DNA from: Bradymonadia bacterium
Lineage (GTDB): Bacteria; Myxococcota_A; Bradymonadia; UBA7976; UBA1532
Reading direction: 5' to 3'
NCBI GenBank assembly: GCA_046290225.1
Contig: JBKAGE010000035.1
Coordinates: forward strand, 352,001-416,000
DNA length: 64,000 nucleotides
Part shown: one piece after another, positions 45,041 through 55,078 of the stretch
How positions within the stretch are numbered: the stretch's first letter is position 1
Layout of the letters: each line of letters starts with the position of its first letter
The notes under the pieces: generated by a model
Told to the model about the DNA's origin: nothing
Databases searched by the model: none
What the model saw: only the letters and a program-made list of their open reading frames with translations
Program-made: the position numbers and the translations under genes

Positions 45041-46432
45041 GTGCGTCAGGTCTGGGAATCCGCTCTCTCCTCGATCCGATCTCGAGTCACTGCGGCCAAT
45101 TACACCACGTACTTCGAACCTCTCCGCTTGGTGAAGATCGAAGGTGGTCAGGCCCTGATTCAGGTCGAAGATCCATTCTTCGGTGACTGGGTCCGCGATC
45201 ACTACGCTGACCTTCTCGTCGATGCCCTAAGTGAAGCTTCAGGGCGTCCCGTCTCCGTAGAAATTGAGGTCAAAGAGTCAAATAAAGCTGCTGTTGGGTC
45301 CCCTCAGTCGGGCTCAGCAACAAAAGCACCTCACATTTCAAACAAAAACAGCACCAAATCGAACGCACGCAAGCGTGTCGAAGCGGTAGAGGACGACCGG
45401 ACAGCTCTTCCGGACTTCCCGCTGAACCCCCATTACACCTTCGATCAATTCGTCGTAGGTGACAGCAACCAGTTCGCCTATGCGGCGTGCGATGCCATCG
45501 CACAGCGACCCGCTCAGGCCTACAACCCGCTGTTCATCTATGGCGACACCGGTCTGGGCAAGACTCACTTGCTCCATGCCATCGCCCACGAGATGCGTGC
45601 GCGACATCAAGGTGTTCGGGTGGCTTACTTGAGCGCTGAGGAATTCACCAATCAGGTGATCAACGCCATCTCGACGCAGAGCATGGATCGTTTCCGTGCA
45701 GCTTTCCGCATGAAGTGCGATGTGCTGCTCGTCGACGACATCCACGTACTGTCGGGTAAGGAGCGTACTCAAGAAGAGTTCTTCCACACGTTCAACGCGC
45801 TCCACGCCGCTCAGAAGCAGATTGTGCTCACCAGCGACAAGACGCCCCAGGAGATCCACGGCTTGGAGAACCGACTCCGGTCACGGTTCCAGTGGGGTCT
45901 CATCGCTGACATCAAGCCCCCTGCACTGGAGACCCGTGTGGCCATCCTGCGTGCAAAGGCTGCCCGGAACGGCATCGAGCTGCCCGACGACGTGTCGATG
46001 TTCCTCGCCGAGCACATCCGCAACAACGTGCGAGAGCTCGAAGGCGCCCTGATTCGTCTCGCAGCGTATTGCAGCCTGTCGCGCAAGACGCTGACGTTGC
46101 CTGTGGCTCAAGAAGCACTGCGCAACTTGATCGACACCCGGGCGCGAGCCATCAGCATCGAAGCGATTCAGCGTCTGGTCGCCGATCACTTCGACGTGAA
46201 GATCTCCGATCTGAAGGGTCACCGGCGTCACAAGGCCGTGGCGCACCCACGAAGCGTGGCCATGTACCTCTGCCGGAAGCACACCCAGTGCTCCTACCCG
46301 CAAATCGGTGCCCGGTTCGGTGGTAAGGATCACAGCACGGTCATCGCCGCCTTCCGCAAGGTCGAACGCAACCTGAAGACCGACATGGGCCTCCGCGCCG
46401 AGGTCGAGGCCATCGAGCGCCGCATGCCCTGA
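45041..46432 (+). CDS. dnaA: Chromosomal replication initiator DnaA
   Basis: YTFDQFVVG.SN, NPLFIYGDTGLGKTHL, QEEFFHTFN, RLRSRF, NVRELEGAL, FGGKDHSTV. Confidence 0.98.
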   Translation: MRQVWESALSSIRSRVTAANYTTYFEPLRLVKIEGGQALIQVEDPFFGDWVRDHYADLLVDALSEASGRPVSVEIEVKESNKAAVGSPQSGSATKAPHISNKNSTKSNARKRVEAVEDDRTALPDFPLNPHYTFDQFVVGDSNQFAYAACDAIAQRPAQAYNPLFIYGDTGLGKTHLLHAIAHEMRARHQGVRVAYLSAEEFTNQVINAISTQSMDRFRAAFRMKCDVLLVDDIHVLSGKERTQEEFFHTFNALHAAQKQIVLTSDKTPQEIHGLENRLRSRFQWGLIADIKPPALETRVAILRAKAARNGIELPDDVSMFLAEHIRNNVRELEGALIRLAAYCSLSRKTLTLPVAQEALRNLIDTRARAISIEAIQRLVADHFDVKISDLKGHRRHKAVAHPRSVAMYLCRKHTQCSYPQIGARFGGKDHSTVIAAFRKVERNLKTDMGLRAEVEAIERRMP

Positions 46433-46460
46433 AGCTGATCTCTTCAGCTTCAACCCCAAC

Positions 46461-46491
46461 AAGGCCCCTGCTCCAAGGGGCCTTTTGTTTT
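46461..46491 (+). terminator. Rho-independent terminator after dnaA
   Basis: AAGGCCCCT-GCTCCA-AGGGGCCTT followed by TTGTTTT; a second hairpin GAAGCTGA-TCTCT-TCAGCTTC lies at 46431-46451. Confidence 0.8.
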
Positions 46492-46567
46492 CCGTGCACC
46501 TCGGAGGCAGGCTCACCTCAGTCTGGGCCACTTCTTCGCATGAATCGAGATGTCTGTACGCCCCGGC

Positions 46568-47434
46568 TCAACGTTCGACACCTGCCGAACGGGAGGCCAG
46601 TTGCCACTGCTTGGGCGTCACCCCATGATGTCGAGCGAAGGCCTGAACAAAATGGGAGAGGTTCCCGAACCCACACTCGGCACATGCATCCGTGACCGAG
46701 ATGTCGGATCCTTGCAGCAAGTCTGCGGCGAGGCCGAGACGACGCGTTCTCAACCAACGACCCGGTGAGATGCCATAGCTCGCCCGAAAGTCCCGCTTGA
46801 ACTTCGACAAGCTCCGCCCACTCAGCGCGGCGAACTCTTCGAGACCAAGTGGCGATCTGAAGTGCCTCTCCATCGTCTCTCGCAGACGCCCCTCGTGCTC
46901 TACGCCGAATCGAACGCCGTCCACCAGAATGCGACATCCTCGGACCGACTCGTGGATCAGCCGCAACACGATCTCTTCGAGCCTGAGTTTGACGATCCGC
47001 CGGCCGAGAGATCCCTCGACAGCCTCCGAGACATCACGCACCAGCGTCTGAATTGATGGCAGGGGATCCACGAGACAACCTTCCGTCCACGCCTCGCTGT
47101 TGTAGCTGGAGGCAGGGATGGTGCGCACCAGGTAGTCCGCGTCGAAGGCGATGACGGTGCTTTCGTATGCACCGTGCTCCGGGATCACTTCGGACATGTA
47201 CCGAAAGCCCACGGGCAGGAGCACCACCTCACCTGCCTGTACCACCTGGATCGGCTCACCTGGCACGCGCAGCTGCTTGATGCCTCTACGCACGTACACG
47301 AGGGTGGGGTGGGCGACCAGGACTGGCAGATCAGCCACGCCCTCCAGGTTGCGATACGCCACCACCCAGGCAGCGCGACTTCGCAGCACCGACCCACGGC
47401 CTCCGTCTTGTAAATCCCTCGGGATGGTCAACAT
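46568..47434 (-). CDS. AraC/XylS family transcriptional regulator
   Basis: LEEFAALSGRSLSKFKRDF...SPGRWL..RRL, SVTDAC.ECGFGNLSHF..AF..HHG.TP. Confidence 0.88.
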   Translation of the reverse strand: MLTIPRDLQDGGRGSVLRSRAAWVVAYRNLEGVADLPVLVAHPTLVYVRRGIKQLRVPGEPIQVVQAGEVVLLPVGFRYMSEVIPEHGAYESTVIAFDADYLVRTIPASSYNSEAWTEGCLVDPLPSIQTLVRDVSEAVEGSLGRRIVKLRLEEIVLRLIHESVRGCRILVDGVRFGVEHEGRLRETMERHFRSPLGLEEFAALSGRSLSKFKRDFRASYGISPGRWLRTRRLGLAADLLQGSDISVTDACAECGFGNLSHFVQAFARHHGVTPKQWQLASRSAGVER

Positions 47435-47931
47435 GTGTGCTCGATCTGGTAGTGTGCTGGTGATCCCGCCCTCACTGTAGCCGCACTCGACGCTTGAATC
47501 TGCGTCCCACAGTCCAATTTTTGTTGAAATCGGGCCAACTCAATTCGTGCCCGAGCACCTCTTCTGGCCTGGCTCAGAAAGTCGTTCGCTGACCTTCGAG
47601 CCCCACCTGGAGGGATCCTCAACCCCAGCCAGACCCAGGGTCATGCATCAGGAGGTCCATGAAGGGGCCTTCATCGGTCGTTTCCGTGCGAGGCCACCCC
47701 ATGGGCAGGGTGGGACGAAAACGGTCGTGAGCTGCACGGACAGAGATTTCGGCCGAACTCCATGCTCGAGCCTTATCCGACATCAACCGACAAACCGACG
47801 TTCCAGCTGATCCACACGCTCTCGGTGGGGTGCGCTGACCCCAGAGCGCATTCGACACCGTTGAGCTCCGTATTACCGATTCGTTAATGGCCACATCTGG
47901 TGCCTACACATCGGTGGGATCTGCGGATCCG

Positions 47932-48130
47932 TGATCCACAGCGATCAGTGGGTGCCTCTGGGGGAAACTTGTGGATAAACTGTGGTCGAAATGTGGACAA
48001 AAATGAAGGAGAAGATATCCCCATGTTGTCCACAGAGGTTATCGACGGATCCTGTTGAGAAAAACGATCATAAAAATCGTAGGCTTGCCTAGTTTATCCA
48101 CAAATCCACAGCGCCTACTGTTATTACGAT
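47932..48130. other. Replication origin oriC
   Basis: DnaA boxes TGATCCACA (47932), TGTGGATAA (47970), TGTGGACAA (47992), TTGTCCACA (48026), TTATCCACA (48094), AAATCCACA (48102), then GCGCC and TAC-TGT-TAT-TAC-GAT trios; immediately upstream of dnaN. Confidence 0.9.
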
Positions 48131-48205
48131 CTCCACATAAGATCTGATCGATCCTGTACAAAGAAGCGGAAAGTATCGCTGGAACATCCGTGGAGCGGAG
48201 AGCCG

Positions 48206-49324
48206 ATGAAACTGTTTGTCAGCAGGGAGCGCCTCACTCGTGGCCTGGCCCGGATCCAAGGGGTCCTGAGCCGGAAGGCCACCCTGCCAATCTTGTCGAA
48301 CGTCCTGCTGGAAGCCCGAGCTGATGGCGCTTTGCGCATCGCAGCCACCGATCTCGACGTGACCTTCGATGGTCAGATCGAGGCCCGTGTGGAAGAGGCG
48401 GGCCGCATCACCGTCGATGGGAAGAAGATCTACGACATCTGCCGAAACCTGCCTGGTGAGGAGGTGAGCCTCTCGGTCGATGATCAACAGCGCATTCAGC
48501 TGAAGTGCCGCACTTCGGATTTCGTGCTCAACGGATTGTCGGCGACGGATTACCCCTCGCTGCCCGATGGCGAGGGTCTGAATCTGGTGCCTGTCGATGG
48601 AGAGGCCCTTAAGGAGCTCATCGAGCGCACGTCGTTCTCGGTGGCCACCGACGAGTCACGGCCCAACCTCACCGGCATCTACTTCCACTGCATTTCGGGC
48701 AACCGGATGCGCCTGGTCTCGACCGATGGTCATCGCTTGAGCAAGGGTGAGCGGGTCACCAGTCGAGATGACGTGGAGATCCCCGAGCGGGATGGTGTGA
48801 TCGTGCCCCGGAAGGGCGTCACCGAGATCAAGCGTATGCTCGATGAGGCCGGCGCCGAGGTTCAGTTCGGATTCCTGGACAACAATTTCGTCCTGGAGAC
48901 GCCTGAGGTTCGCCTCTTCGTTCGCTTGATCGACGCAGCCTTCCCAGATTACCAGCAGGTGATCCCGAAGAGCACCGAGCGCGAGGTTGTGCTCGATCGT
49001 CTCACGTTCCTGCAATCGCTCAAGCGCATCGCGATCCTCGCGAGCGAGCGTACGCACGGGGTGAAGATCGAGCTGTCGGAAGGGCAGATGACCCTCGGCT
49101 CCGACAACCCCGATCTCGGACGCGCCCGTGAAGATATGACGCCGGAGAGCTACAACGGCTCTGATCTGACGATCGCCTTCAACTCTCGCTACCTGATCGA
49201 CATCTTGTCGAACCTGAAGGCGGAGAAGGTGGCGATGCACCTGAACGAGGCGCTCTCACCGGGCATCATCCGCGAGCACGAGAACGATGATTATCTCTTC
49301 GTGGTCATGCCGATGCGCCTCTGA
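48206..49324 (+). CDS. dnaN: DNA polymerase III beta sliding clamp
   Basis: TLPILSNVL, ATDL, VSTDGHRL, RLID..FPDY..VIP, FNSRYL, VVMPMRL. Confidence 0.97.
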   Translation: MKLFVSRERLTRGLARIQGVLSRKATLPILSNVLLEARADGALRIAATDLDVTFDGQIEARVEEAGRITVDGKKIYDICRNLPGEEVSLSVDDQQRIQLKCRTSDFVLNGLSATDYPSLPDGEGLNLVPVDGEALKELIERTSFSVATDESRPNLTGIYFHCISGNRMRLVSTDGHRLSKGERVTSRDDVEIPERDGVIVPRKGVTEIKRMLDEAGAEVQFGFLDNNFVLETPEVRLFVRLIDAAFPDYQQVIPKSTEREVVLDRLTFLQSLKRIAILASERTHGVKIELSEGQMTLGSDNPDLGRAREDMTPESYNGSDLTIAFNSRYLIDILSNLKAEKVAMHLNEALSPGIIREHENDDYLFVVMPMRL

Positions 49325-49333
49325 GGCGATGCT

Positions 49334-50437
49334 GTGCACCTGACCCGCATTACCCTCCAAGATTTCCGCAATCTCTCCCAGGTCGAGCTGCAAGCCCACG
49401 AGCGCTTCAACGTGCTGGTGGGCGAGAACGGCCAGGGGAAGACCAATCTACTCGAAGCCATTTACTGGTTGGCGACGCTACGCCCACTTCGGGCCAACCG
49501 CCTAGTGGAGCTGATCCGCTGGGGTTCGGATCTGGCCCGTGTGAGAGGTTTCGTCGACGTGGATGGTCTCGAGCACAGCCTCGAGGTGCGCTGTAATCGC
49601 GGCGAGCGTACGGCACTGCGAGAGGGCAAGAAATGCGGTCACTCTGATTTCTTCGGGGTGCTCTCGGTGGTCCTCTTCACCCCTGAGGATGTCGGTCTCG
49701 TACGTGGCAGCCCGGGGGATCGGCGCAAGTTCCTGGATCGTGCGATCTTCACGGGTCGATCGGCATATCTCAGCGAGGTGCAGGGTTATCGTCGTGCACT
49801 GGCTGGGCGAAATGCCCTGCTTCGTCAAGAGGCTGAAGATTATGCCCTCGAGGCGTACGAGATGACCCTGGCACGTCATGGTGCGAAGCTGATGGCTGCA
49901 CGTCGTGCCTATGTGTCTGATCTTTCACCTTTATTCGAAGAAGCCTTTGTTGCGATTGCTGGGGCGGGCCTGAAGTCGAAGATCAAATACCGCCCAAGTG
50001 TTTCTGCTCAATCTGAAGACGATGAGTCTGCTCTGCTGAAGCTCTGGCAAGGCGAGCGCGAGAAGGATCGACAACGTGGTCACACGTTGCACGGACCTCA
50101 CTCTGATGATCTCGCCATCGAGCTGACCGGGCGCTCTGCCCGAGCGTATGCGAGCCAGGGGCAACAAAGAGCCATTGTGCTCGCGTTGAAGATCGCAGAG
50201 ATCAGGTTGCTCACCGCTCTGAGAGGGGTGACCCCGGTGCTCTTGCTCGATGATGTGTCGAGTGAGTTGGATCCACAACGCAATGCCCGACTGTTCGAGT
50301 TCCTCAATGCGTTCGAAGGTCAGGTGTTCATCACCACTACGGATCCGTCTTTCTTGAAGCTCGATGCCGAGCACCGCCAGTTCAATGTTCATGAGGGGGC
50401 GATCGAAGTCGATCGTCCTGATCATCAGGAGTCCTGA
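49334..50437 (+). CDS. recF: DNA replication/repair protein RecF
   Basis: FRN, GENGQGKTNLLEAI, GPHSDD, SQGQQR, LLLDDVSSELD. Confidence 0.96.
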   Translation: MHLTRITLQDFRNLSQVELQAHERFNVLVGENGQGKTNLLEAIYWLATLRPLRANRLVELIRWGSDLARVRGFVDVDGLEHSLEVRCNRGERTALREGKKCGHSDFFGVLSVVLFTPEDVGLVRGSPGDRRKFLDRAIFTGRSAYLSEVQGYRRALAGRNALLRQEAEDYALEAYEMTLARHGAKLMAARRAYVSDLSPLFEEAFVAIAGAGLKSKIKYRPSVSAQSEDDESALLKLWQGEREKDRQRGHTLHGPHSDDLAIELTGRSARAYASQGQQRAIVLALKIAEIRLLTALRGVTPVLLLDDVSSELDPQRNARLFEFLNAFEGQVFITTTDPSFLKLDAEHRQFNVHEGAIEVDRPDHQES

Positions 50438-50439
50438 TC

Positions 50440-51723
50440 GTGGAGAAGTTCGTCATTGAAGGTCGCCATCGCCTGAACGGCACTGTGCGTCCGAACGGCA
50501 GCAAGAACGAGGCATTGCCTGTTCTGGCGGCAACGCTGCTCACTGAAGAGCCGATGATTCTGGAGAACGTGCCCCGCATCGTCGACGTCGAGGTGATGTG
50601 CGATGTGCTCCGAGCCCTGGGCGCTCAGGTAGAATGGCAGGCTGACAACCGCCTCTACATTTGTACGAAGGGGGTTTCGGACGATGCCCTCGATCCTGAT
50701 CTCTGCCGCCGCGTACGGGCGTCGATTCTGTTCGCCGGGCCCATGGTGGCCCGCCGCGGCCACGTCGTTCTGCCTCCACCTGGTGGTGACGTGATCGGCC
50801 GCCGCCGAGTGGACACACACCTGCAGGTGCTGGAGGCCATGGGTGTGCAGACGCGTGTGGACCAGAACTACGAGTTTCGGGCGGATCGCTTGCAGGGCGC
50901 TGACATCTTCCTCGACGAAGCGTCAGTGACGGCCACGGAGAACGCCATCATGGCGGCTTCGTTGGCCCATGGCACGACGATCCTGCGCAACGCTGCTTCC
51001 GAGCCGCATGTGTGCGGGCTTGCACGTATGTTGAACAACATGGGCGCTCACATCGAAGGCATCGGTACGAACACCCTGACGATCCACGGTGTGCCTCATC
51101 TGAAGGGTACGACCCACACGATCGACAGCGATTATCTCGAGATCGGCAGCCTCATCGGCCTCGCAGCGGTGACGAACTCCGATTTGGTCATCGAGCACAT
51201 TCGTCCTGAGAGCCTGCGCATGATCCTGACGGTGTTCGGGCGCTTGGGCATCGAAGTTCAAATCGAAGGCAACCGCCTGCGTGTGCCGCCGAACCAGTCT
51301 CTCGAGGTGCGCCGTGATGTGCACAACCACGTGCCCCGGGTCGACGATGCACCCTGGCCGGCGTTCCCCACTGACTTGATGAGCATCGCGATCACCGTGG
51401 CCACGCAGTGCAAGGGCACGGTGCTCTTCTTCGAAAAGATGTTCGAGGGCCGCATGTTCTTTGTGGATCACCTTCAGAACATGGGTGCGCAAATCATCTT
51501 GTGTGATCCCCACCGAGTGGTGGTGGTCGGCCCGACACCACTCCATGGTGGTCGTGTCGAGAGCCCCGACGTACGCGCGGGTATGGCCATGCTGATTGCG
51601 GGGCTGTGCGCTGAAGGTAAGACGACGATCTACAACGTGCGGCAGATCGATCGCGGTTACGAGCGCATCGACGAGAAGCTCCGGGCGTTGGGCGCGAAGA
51701 TTGAGCGCCTGCCCGTAGAGTAG
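50440..51723 (+). CDS. murA: UDP-N-acetylglucosamine 1-carboxyvinyltransferase (Asp-type active site)
   Basis: GSKN.ALP, RASIL, PGGDVIGRR, SVTATEN, P.FPTD, DRGYE. Confidence 0.95.
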   Translation: MEKFVIEGRHRLNGTVRPNGSKNEALPVLAATLLTEEPMILENVPRIVDVEVMCDVLRALGAQVEWQADNRLYICTKGVSDDALDPDLCRRVRASILFAGPMVARRGHVVLPPPGGDVIGRRRVDTHLQVLEAMGVQTRVDQNYEFRADRLQGADIFLDEASVTATENAIMAASLAHGTTILRNAASEPHVCGLARMLNNMGAHIEGIGTNTLTIHGVPHLKGTTHTIDSDYLEIGSLIGLAAVTNSDLVIEHIRPESLRMILTVFGRLGIEVQIEGNRLRVPPNQSLEVRRDVHNHVPRVDDAPWPAFPTDLMSIAITVATQCKGTVLFFEKMFEGRMFFVDHLQNMGAQIILCDPHRVVVVGPTPLHGGRVESPDVRAGMAMLIAGLCAEGKTTIYNVRQIDRGYERIDEKLRALGAKIERLPVE

Positions 51724-51732
51724 CCTGCCTGA

Positions 51733-52908
51733 TTACTGGTTGAGACCTGCCGCGGCCCGCAACTCAGGGGCCTTGTCGATCTGCTCCCACCGGAAACCCA
51801 TGTCTTCCCGACCGAAGTGGCCGTAAGCGGCGGTGCCTCGGTAGATGGGCTTGAGCAACTCAAGGTGCTCGATGATGCCCCGAGGCTTGAGGGGGAAGTG
51901 CTCCCGCACGAGGGCGGCGATGCGATCTTCGTCGATCTTGTGGGTACCGAAGGTCTCGACGTTGATGCTCACAGGATCGGCAACACCGATGGCGTAGGCG
52001 AGCTGGACCTCGGCGCGATCGGCGAGGCCGGCGGCGACGACGTTCTTGGCGATGTAGCGGGCCATGTAGGCGGCGCTGCGGTCGACCTTGGAGGGATCCT
52101 TACCGCTGAAGGCACCACCACCGTGACGGCCCATGCCACCGTAGGTGTCGACGATGATCTTGCGGCCGGTGAGGCCAGCATCACCCATGGGGCCGCCGAT
52201 GACGAACCGGCCCGTGGGGTTGATGTAGTACTGGGTGTCAGCGTCTACGAAGGCCTGAGGCAGCACATGGTCGATGACCTCGGTGCGAATGCCGGTGCGC
52301 AGAGTCTCATTGTCGACCTCTTCGTCATGCTGCGAGGAGACGACCACAGTGGAGATCCGGGTAGGCTTGCCGTTCTGGTACTCGACAGAGACCTGAGCCT
52401 TACCGTCGGGACGCAGGAAGGGGAGGGTGCCGTCCTTGCGGACCTTGGCGAGACGCGCCGTCAGCTTGTGGGACAGCGAGATCGGCAGAGGCATGAGCTC
52501 AGGGGTCTCATTGCAGGCAAAGCCGAACATGAGGCCCTGATCACCAGCGCCCTGCTCCTGGAAGTCACCTTCACCCTCGTTGACGCCCATGGCGATGTCG
52601 GGGCTCTGCTGGTCGAGGGCGACGAGCACCGAGCAGGTGCTGGCGTCGAAGCCCATGTCGGAGCTGGTGTAGCCGATCTCTCGGACAGTGTTCCGAATGA
52701 TGGACTGGTAATCGATCACAGCTTTGCTGGTGATCTCACCGGCAATGCAGATGAATCCGGTGCTGACCATGGTCTCACAGGCCACCCGGCTGGTGGGGTC
52801 CTGCTCGAGCATTGCGTCGAGGATCGAGTCTGAGATCGCGTCAGCGATTTTATCGGGATGACCTTCGGTCACCGACTCGGAAGTGAACAGAAATTTCTCA
52901 GTTGCCAT
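51733..52908 (-). CDS. metK: S-adenosylmethionine synthetase
   Basis: [42 protein letters not shown]; start re-assigned to MATEK. Confidence 0.97.
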   Translation of the reverse strand: MATEKFLFTSESVTEGHPDKIADAISDSILDAMLEQDPTSRVACETMVSTGFICIAGEITSKAVIDYQSIIRNTVREIGYTSSDMGFDASTCSVLVALDQQSPDIAMGVNEGEGDFQEQGAGDQGLMFGFACNETPELMPLPISLSHKLTARLAKVRKDGTLPFLRPDGKAQVSVEYQNGKPTRISTVVVSSQHDEEVDNETLRTGIRTEVIDHVLPQAFVDADTQYYINPTGRFVIGGPMGDAGLTGRKIIVDTYGGMGRHGGGAFSGKDPSKVDRSAAYMARYIAKNVVAAGLADRAEVQLAYAIGVADPVSINVETFGTHKIDEDRIAALVREHFPLKPRGIIEHLELLKPIYRGTAAYGHFGREDMGFRWEQIDKAPELRAAAGLNQ

Positions 52909-52988
52909 GCTTCGTCGTACCTCCATCAAAAACAGGCGGAGAGGCAATAAAATCGGTGCATTCTCCTGGTGACGTGAGTCGGTGTCAA

Positions 52989-53516
52989 TCACAGAAAAAA
53001 CTCACGCAAGATCACGAAGATCGAAGCGGTAATGAGCCCACCGAGCAAGATGCCGATGATCAGGTGGTAACTTCTGGTCCGGGTTTGGACTTGTTTGGGA
53101 AATGTGATCTGATAGAGCCAGTCATTGTCAGCATCAAGAAGCAGCAAGCCATCCACTGGAAAATGAAGGCTGTATTCGAGCATCTGACGACGTGTGAGGG
53201 TATTTTTGGGTGATGCGCTCTTGCGTGTCTTCACTTCGACCAGATAAAGCTCGCCATCTCTCGATACGATCATGTCGGCTTCGAGCCGTACTTGATGAGG
53301 CTCTTCGTCAACCCAGAGTGTGTAGAACGTCTCGGGGTGGATCGCTTCGATGGTGTACCCCCGACGCCTCATCAGCTCAGGGGCTTTCTTCTCCTGGTTT
53401 CGACCATGCGCTCTGACTTTGGTGAGTTGCCGGCGACGCCACTTATTGGCGATGCTCGCGCCCATCCAGGTAAAGCCGATGGCCGCTGCGAGCCCGAGGA
53501 TGATGTAGATGCCCAT
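52989..53516 (-). CDS. Membrane-anchored PD-(D/E)XK nuclease-fold protein
   Basis: TM segments at both ends; E...ADMIV.RDG..YLVEVKT...RQ..EY. Confidence 0.6.
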   Translation of the reverse strand: MGIYIILGLAAAIGFTWMGASIANKWRRRQLTKVRAHGRNQEKKAPELMRRRGYTIEAIHPETFYTLWVDEEPHQVRLEADMIVSRDGELYLVEVKTRKSASPKNTLTRRQMLEYSLHFPVDGLLLLDADNDWLYQITFPKQVQTRTRSYHLIIGILLGGLITASIFVILREFFL

Positions 53517-53546
53517 GGGTCGGGATTGTATGTCACACTTCAGCCG

Positions 53547-55046
53547 ATGAGCACTGAGACGCCCACTTCAAAGTTCGATCATGGCCTGTGCGCCCGGTGC
53601 GGGGCCGAGACGCCCACCGATGCCTCGGAGTGCGCGGCATGTGGTGCTTCGCCACTGCTTCATGATCGCTTCCGTTTGATCGAGATTGTGGGGCAGGGCG
53701 CTGCTGGGGTGACCTATCGAGCGCTCGACCAGGAGACCGGGGACACAGTCGCCGTGAAGGAGATGCCGCTCCGACACACTCAGGCTGAATCTGTAGGTGC
53801 CCGTATGGAGCGAGAGGCTCGGGTGATCCGCGAGCTTTCTCATGGGTGCATCCCTGCCTACGTAGCGCATTTCGTCACTGGCTCGGGTAAGCACCGCGCG
53901 TTTTATCTCGTGCAGGCCTTCATCGAGGGTGCCACGCTGGCCCAGGAAATGGAGGCTCATCGCTATACCGAAACCGAGGTGTTGGAGATCGCTGATGAGG
54001 TGCTGGAGATCCTCGAGCACCTGCACAGTCTCGCGCCGCCAGTGATTCATCGTGATCTCAAGCCTGGCAATTTGATCAGGCGTCGCTCGGATAAACGCCT
54101 GGTCCTGATCGACTTCGGGGCGGTGCGAGATGTGCTCAAAGATCCTCGCTTGGGTGGCAGTACAGTCGCTGGAACGTACGGATTCATGGCACCTGAGCAG
54201 TTCCGTGGAATCGCTGAGCCTCGCACGGACTTGTACGCTGTAGGGGTCTTGATGGTGGTGCTCTTGAGCCGCCGCGATCCTCTCGATCTCGTGGGCCCTG
54301 ATCACCTGCTCAGCTGGACGCCGCATGTCCACGCTTCTCAGTCTGTGAAGTCGCTGATCTCGGCGTTGTTGTCGCCAAAGGTGGAAGACCGCCCTGAGTC
54401 TGCTGCTGAGACACGCAGTCGTCTTCAGCTCATCCTCAACGGAGAGCCTGAGCCGTCTGCACTGGTGGAGAAGCGCTCAGAGGCATTGACTCAGGTGCCT
54501 ATAACTCCACCCACGAAGAGACCACCTCAGATCATTGATCGAAATGCTCGCCGCCGCCTCAGGGCCAGAAGCAAATGGATGGCGGTGTTCCTGGCTTTGG
54601 TGGGATGTGTCTTCGGGATTCACAACTGGTATCTCGGCCGCATTGCTCGAGCCATCGGCAGCGTGCTGTTCTTCTGGACCACGGTGCCGTTCTGGATGTC
54701 GATTTATGACGTCTTTGCCCTGTCTTTCACATCTCAGGAAGCCTTCGACGAGACCTTCAACCCTGCACTGATCGAGCTCAGGCGTGGGGATGTGGGCTCC
54801 CTTGCGGAAGAGATCCGTGCGCTGCATCAACTCAAAGATGATGGGGTGATTTCGCAAGAAGAGTTCGATCAACTCAAGAGCCGTCTGCTCGGCAAACGCG
54901 AGGGGCTCATCAAGGTGTTGGGCTCAAGCGGAATCGATGGGCTGGAGAAGTTCGCCGAGGTGGTGGATCGAATCTTCGACGAGACGCCCAAGCGACTCAA
55001 GGATGAGCTCTCTCGTGCAGATCGACGTGGGCGCAAGCACGATTGA
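53547..55046 (+). CDS. Ser/Thr protein kinase with N-terminal zinc ribbon, TM2-like membrane domain and SHOCT-like tail
   Basis: CxxC..CxxC; GQGAAG, VAVKE, HRDLKPGN, DFG, GTYGFMAPE; GIHNWYLG; LKDDGVISQEEFDQLK. Confidence 0.88.
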   Translation: MSTETPTSKFDHGLCARCGAETPTDASECAACGASPLLHDRFRLIEIVGQGAAGVTYRALDQETGDTVAVKEMPLRHTQAESVGARMEREARVIRELSHGCIPAYVAHFVTGSGKHRAFYLVQAFIEGATLAQEMEAHRYTETEVLEIADEVLEILEHLHSLAPPVIHRDLKPGNLIRRRSDKRLVLIDFGAVRDVLKDPRLGGSTVAGTYGFMAPEQFRGIAEPRTDLYAVGVLMVVLLSRRDPLDLVGPDHLLSWTPHVHASQSVKSLISALLSPKVEDRPESAAETRSRLQLILNGEPEPSALVEKRSEALTQVPITPPTKRPPQIIDRNARRRLRARSKWMAVFLALVGCVFGIHNWYLGRIARAIGSVLFFWTTVPFWMSIYDVFALSFTSQEAFDETFNPALIELRRGDVGSLAEEIRALHQLKDDGVISQEEFDQLKSRLLGKREGLIKVLGSSGIDGLEKFAEVVDRIFDETPKRLKDELSRADRRGRKHD

Positions 55047-55078
55047 GACACTGAGCAAGAGCTGAGCTGTGTTGGAGG

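Noticed and set aside
52909..52988. SAM riboswitch upstream of metK
   Set aside because: The gap is only 80 bp and shows no recognisable SAM riboswitch consensus.
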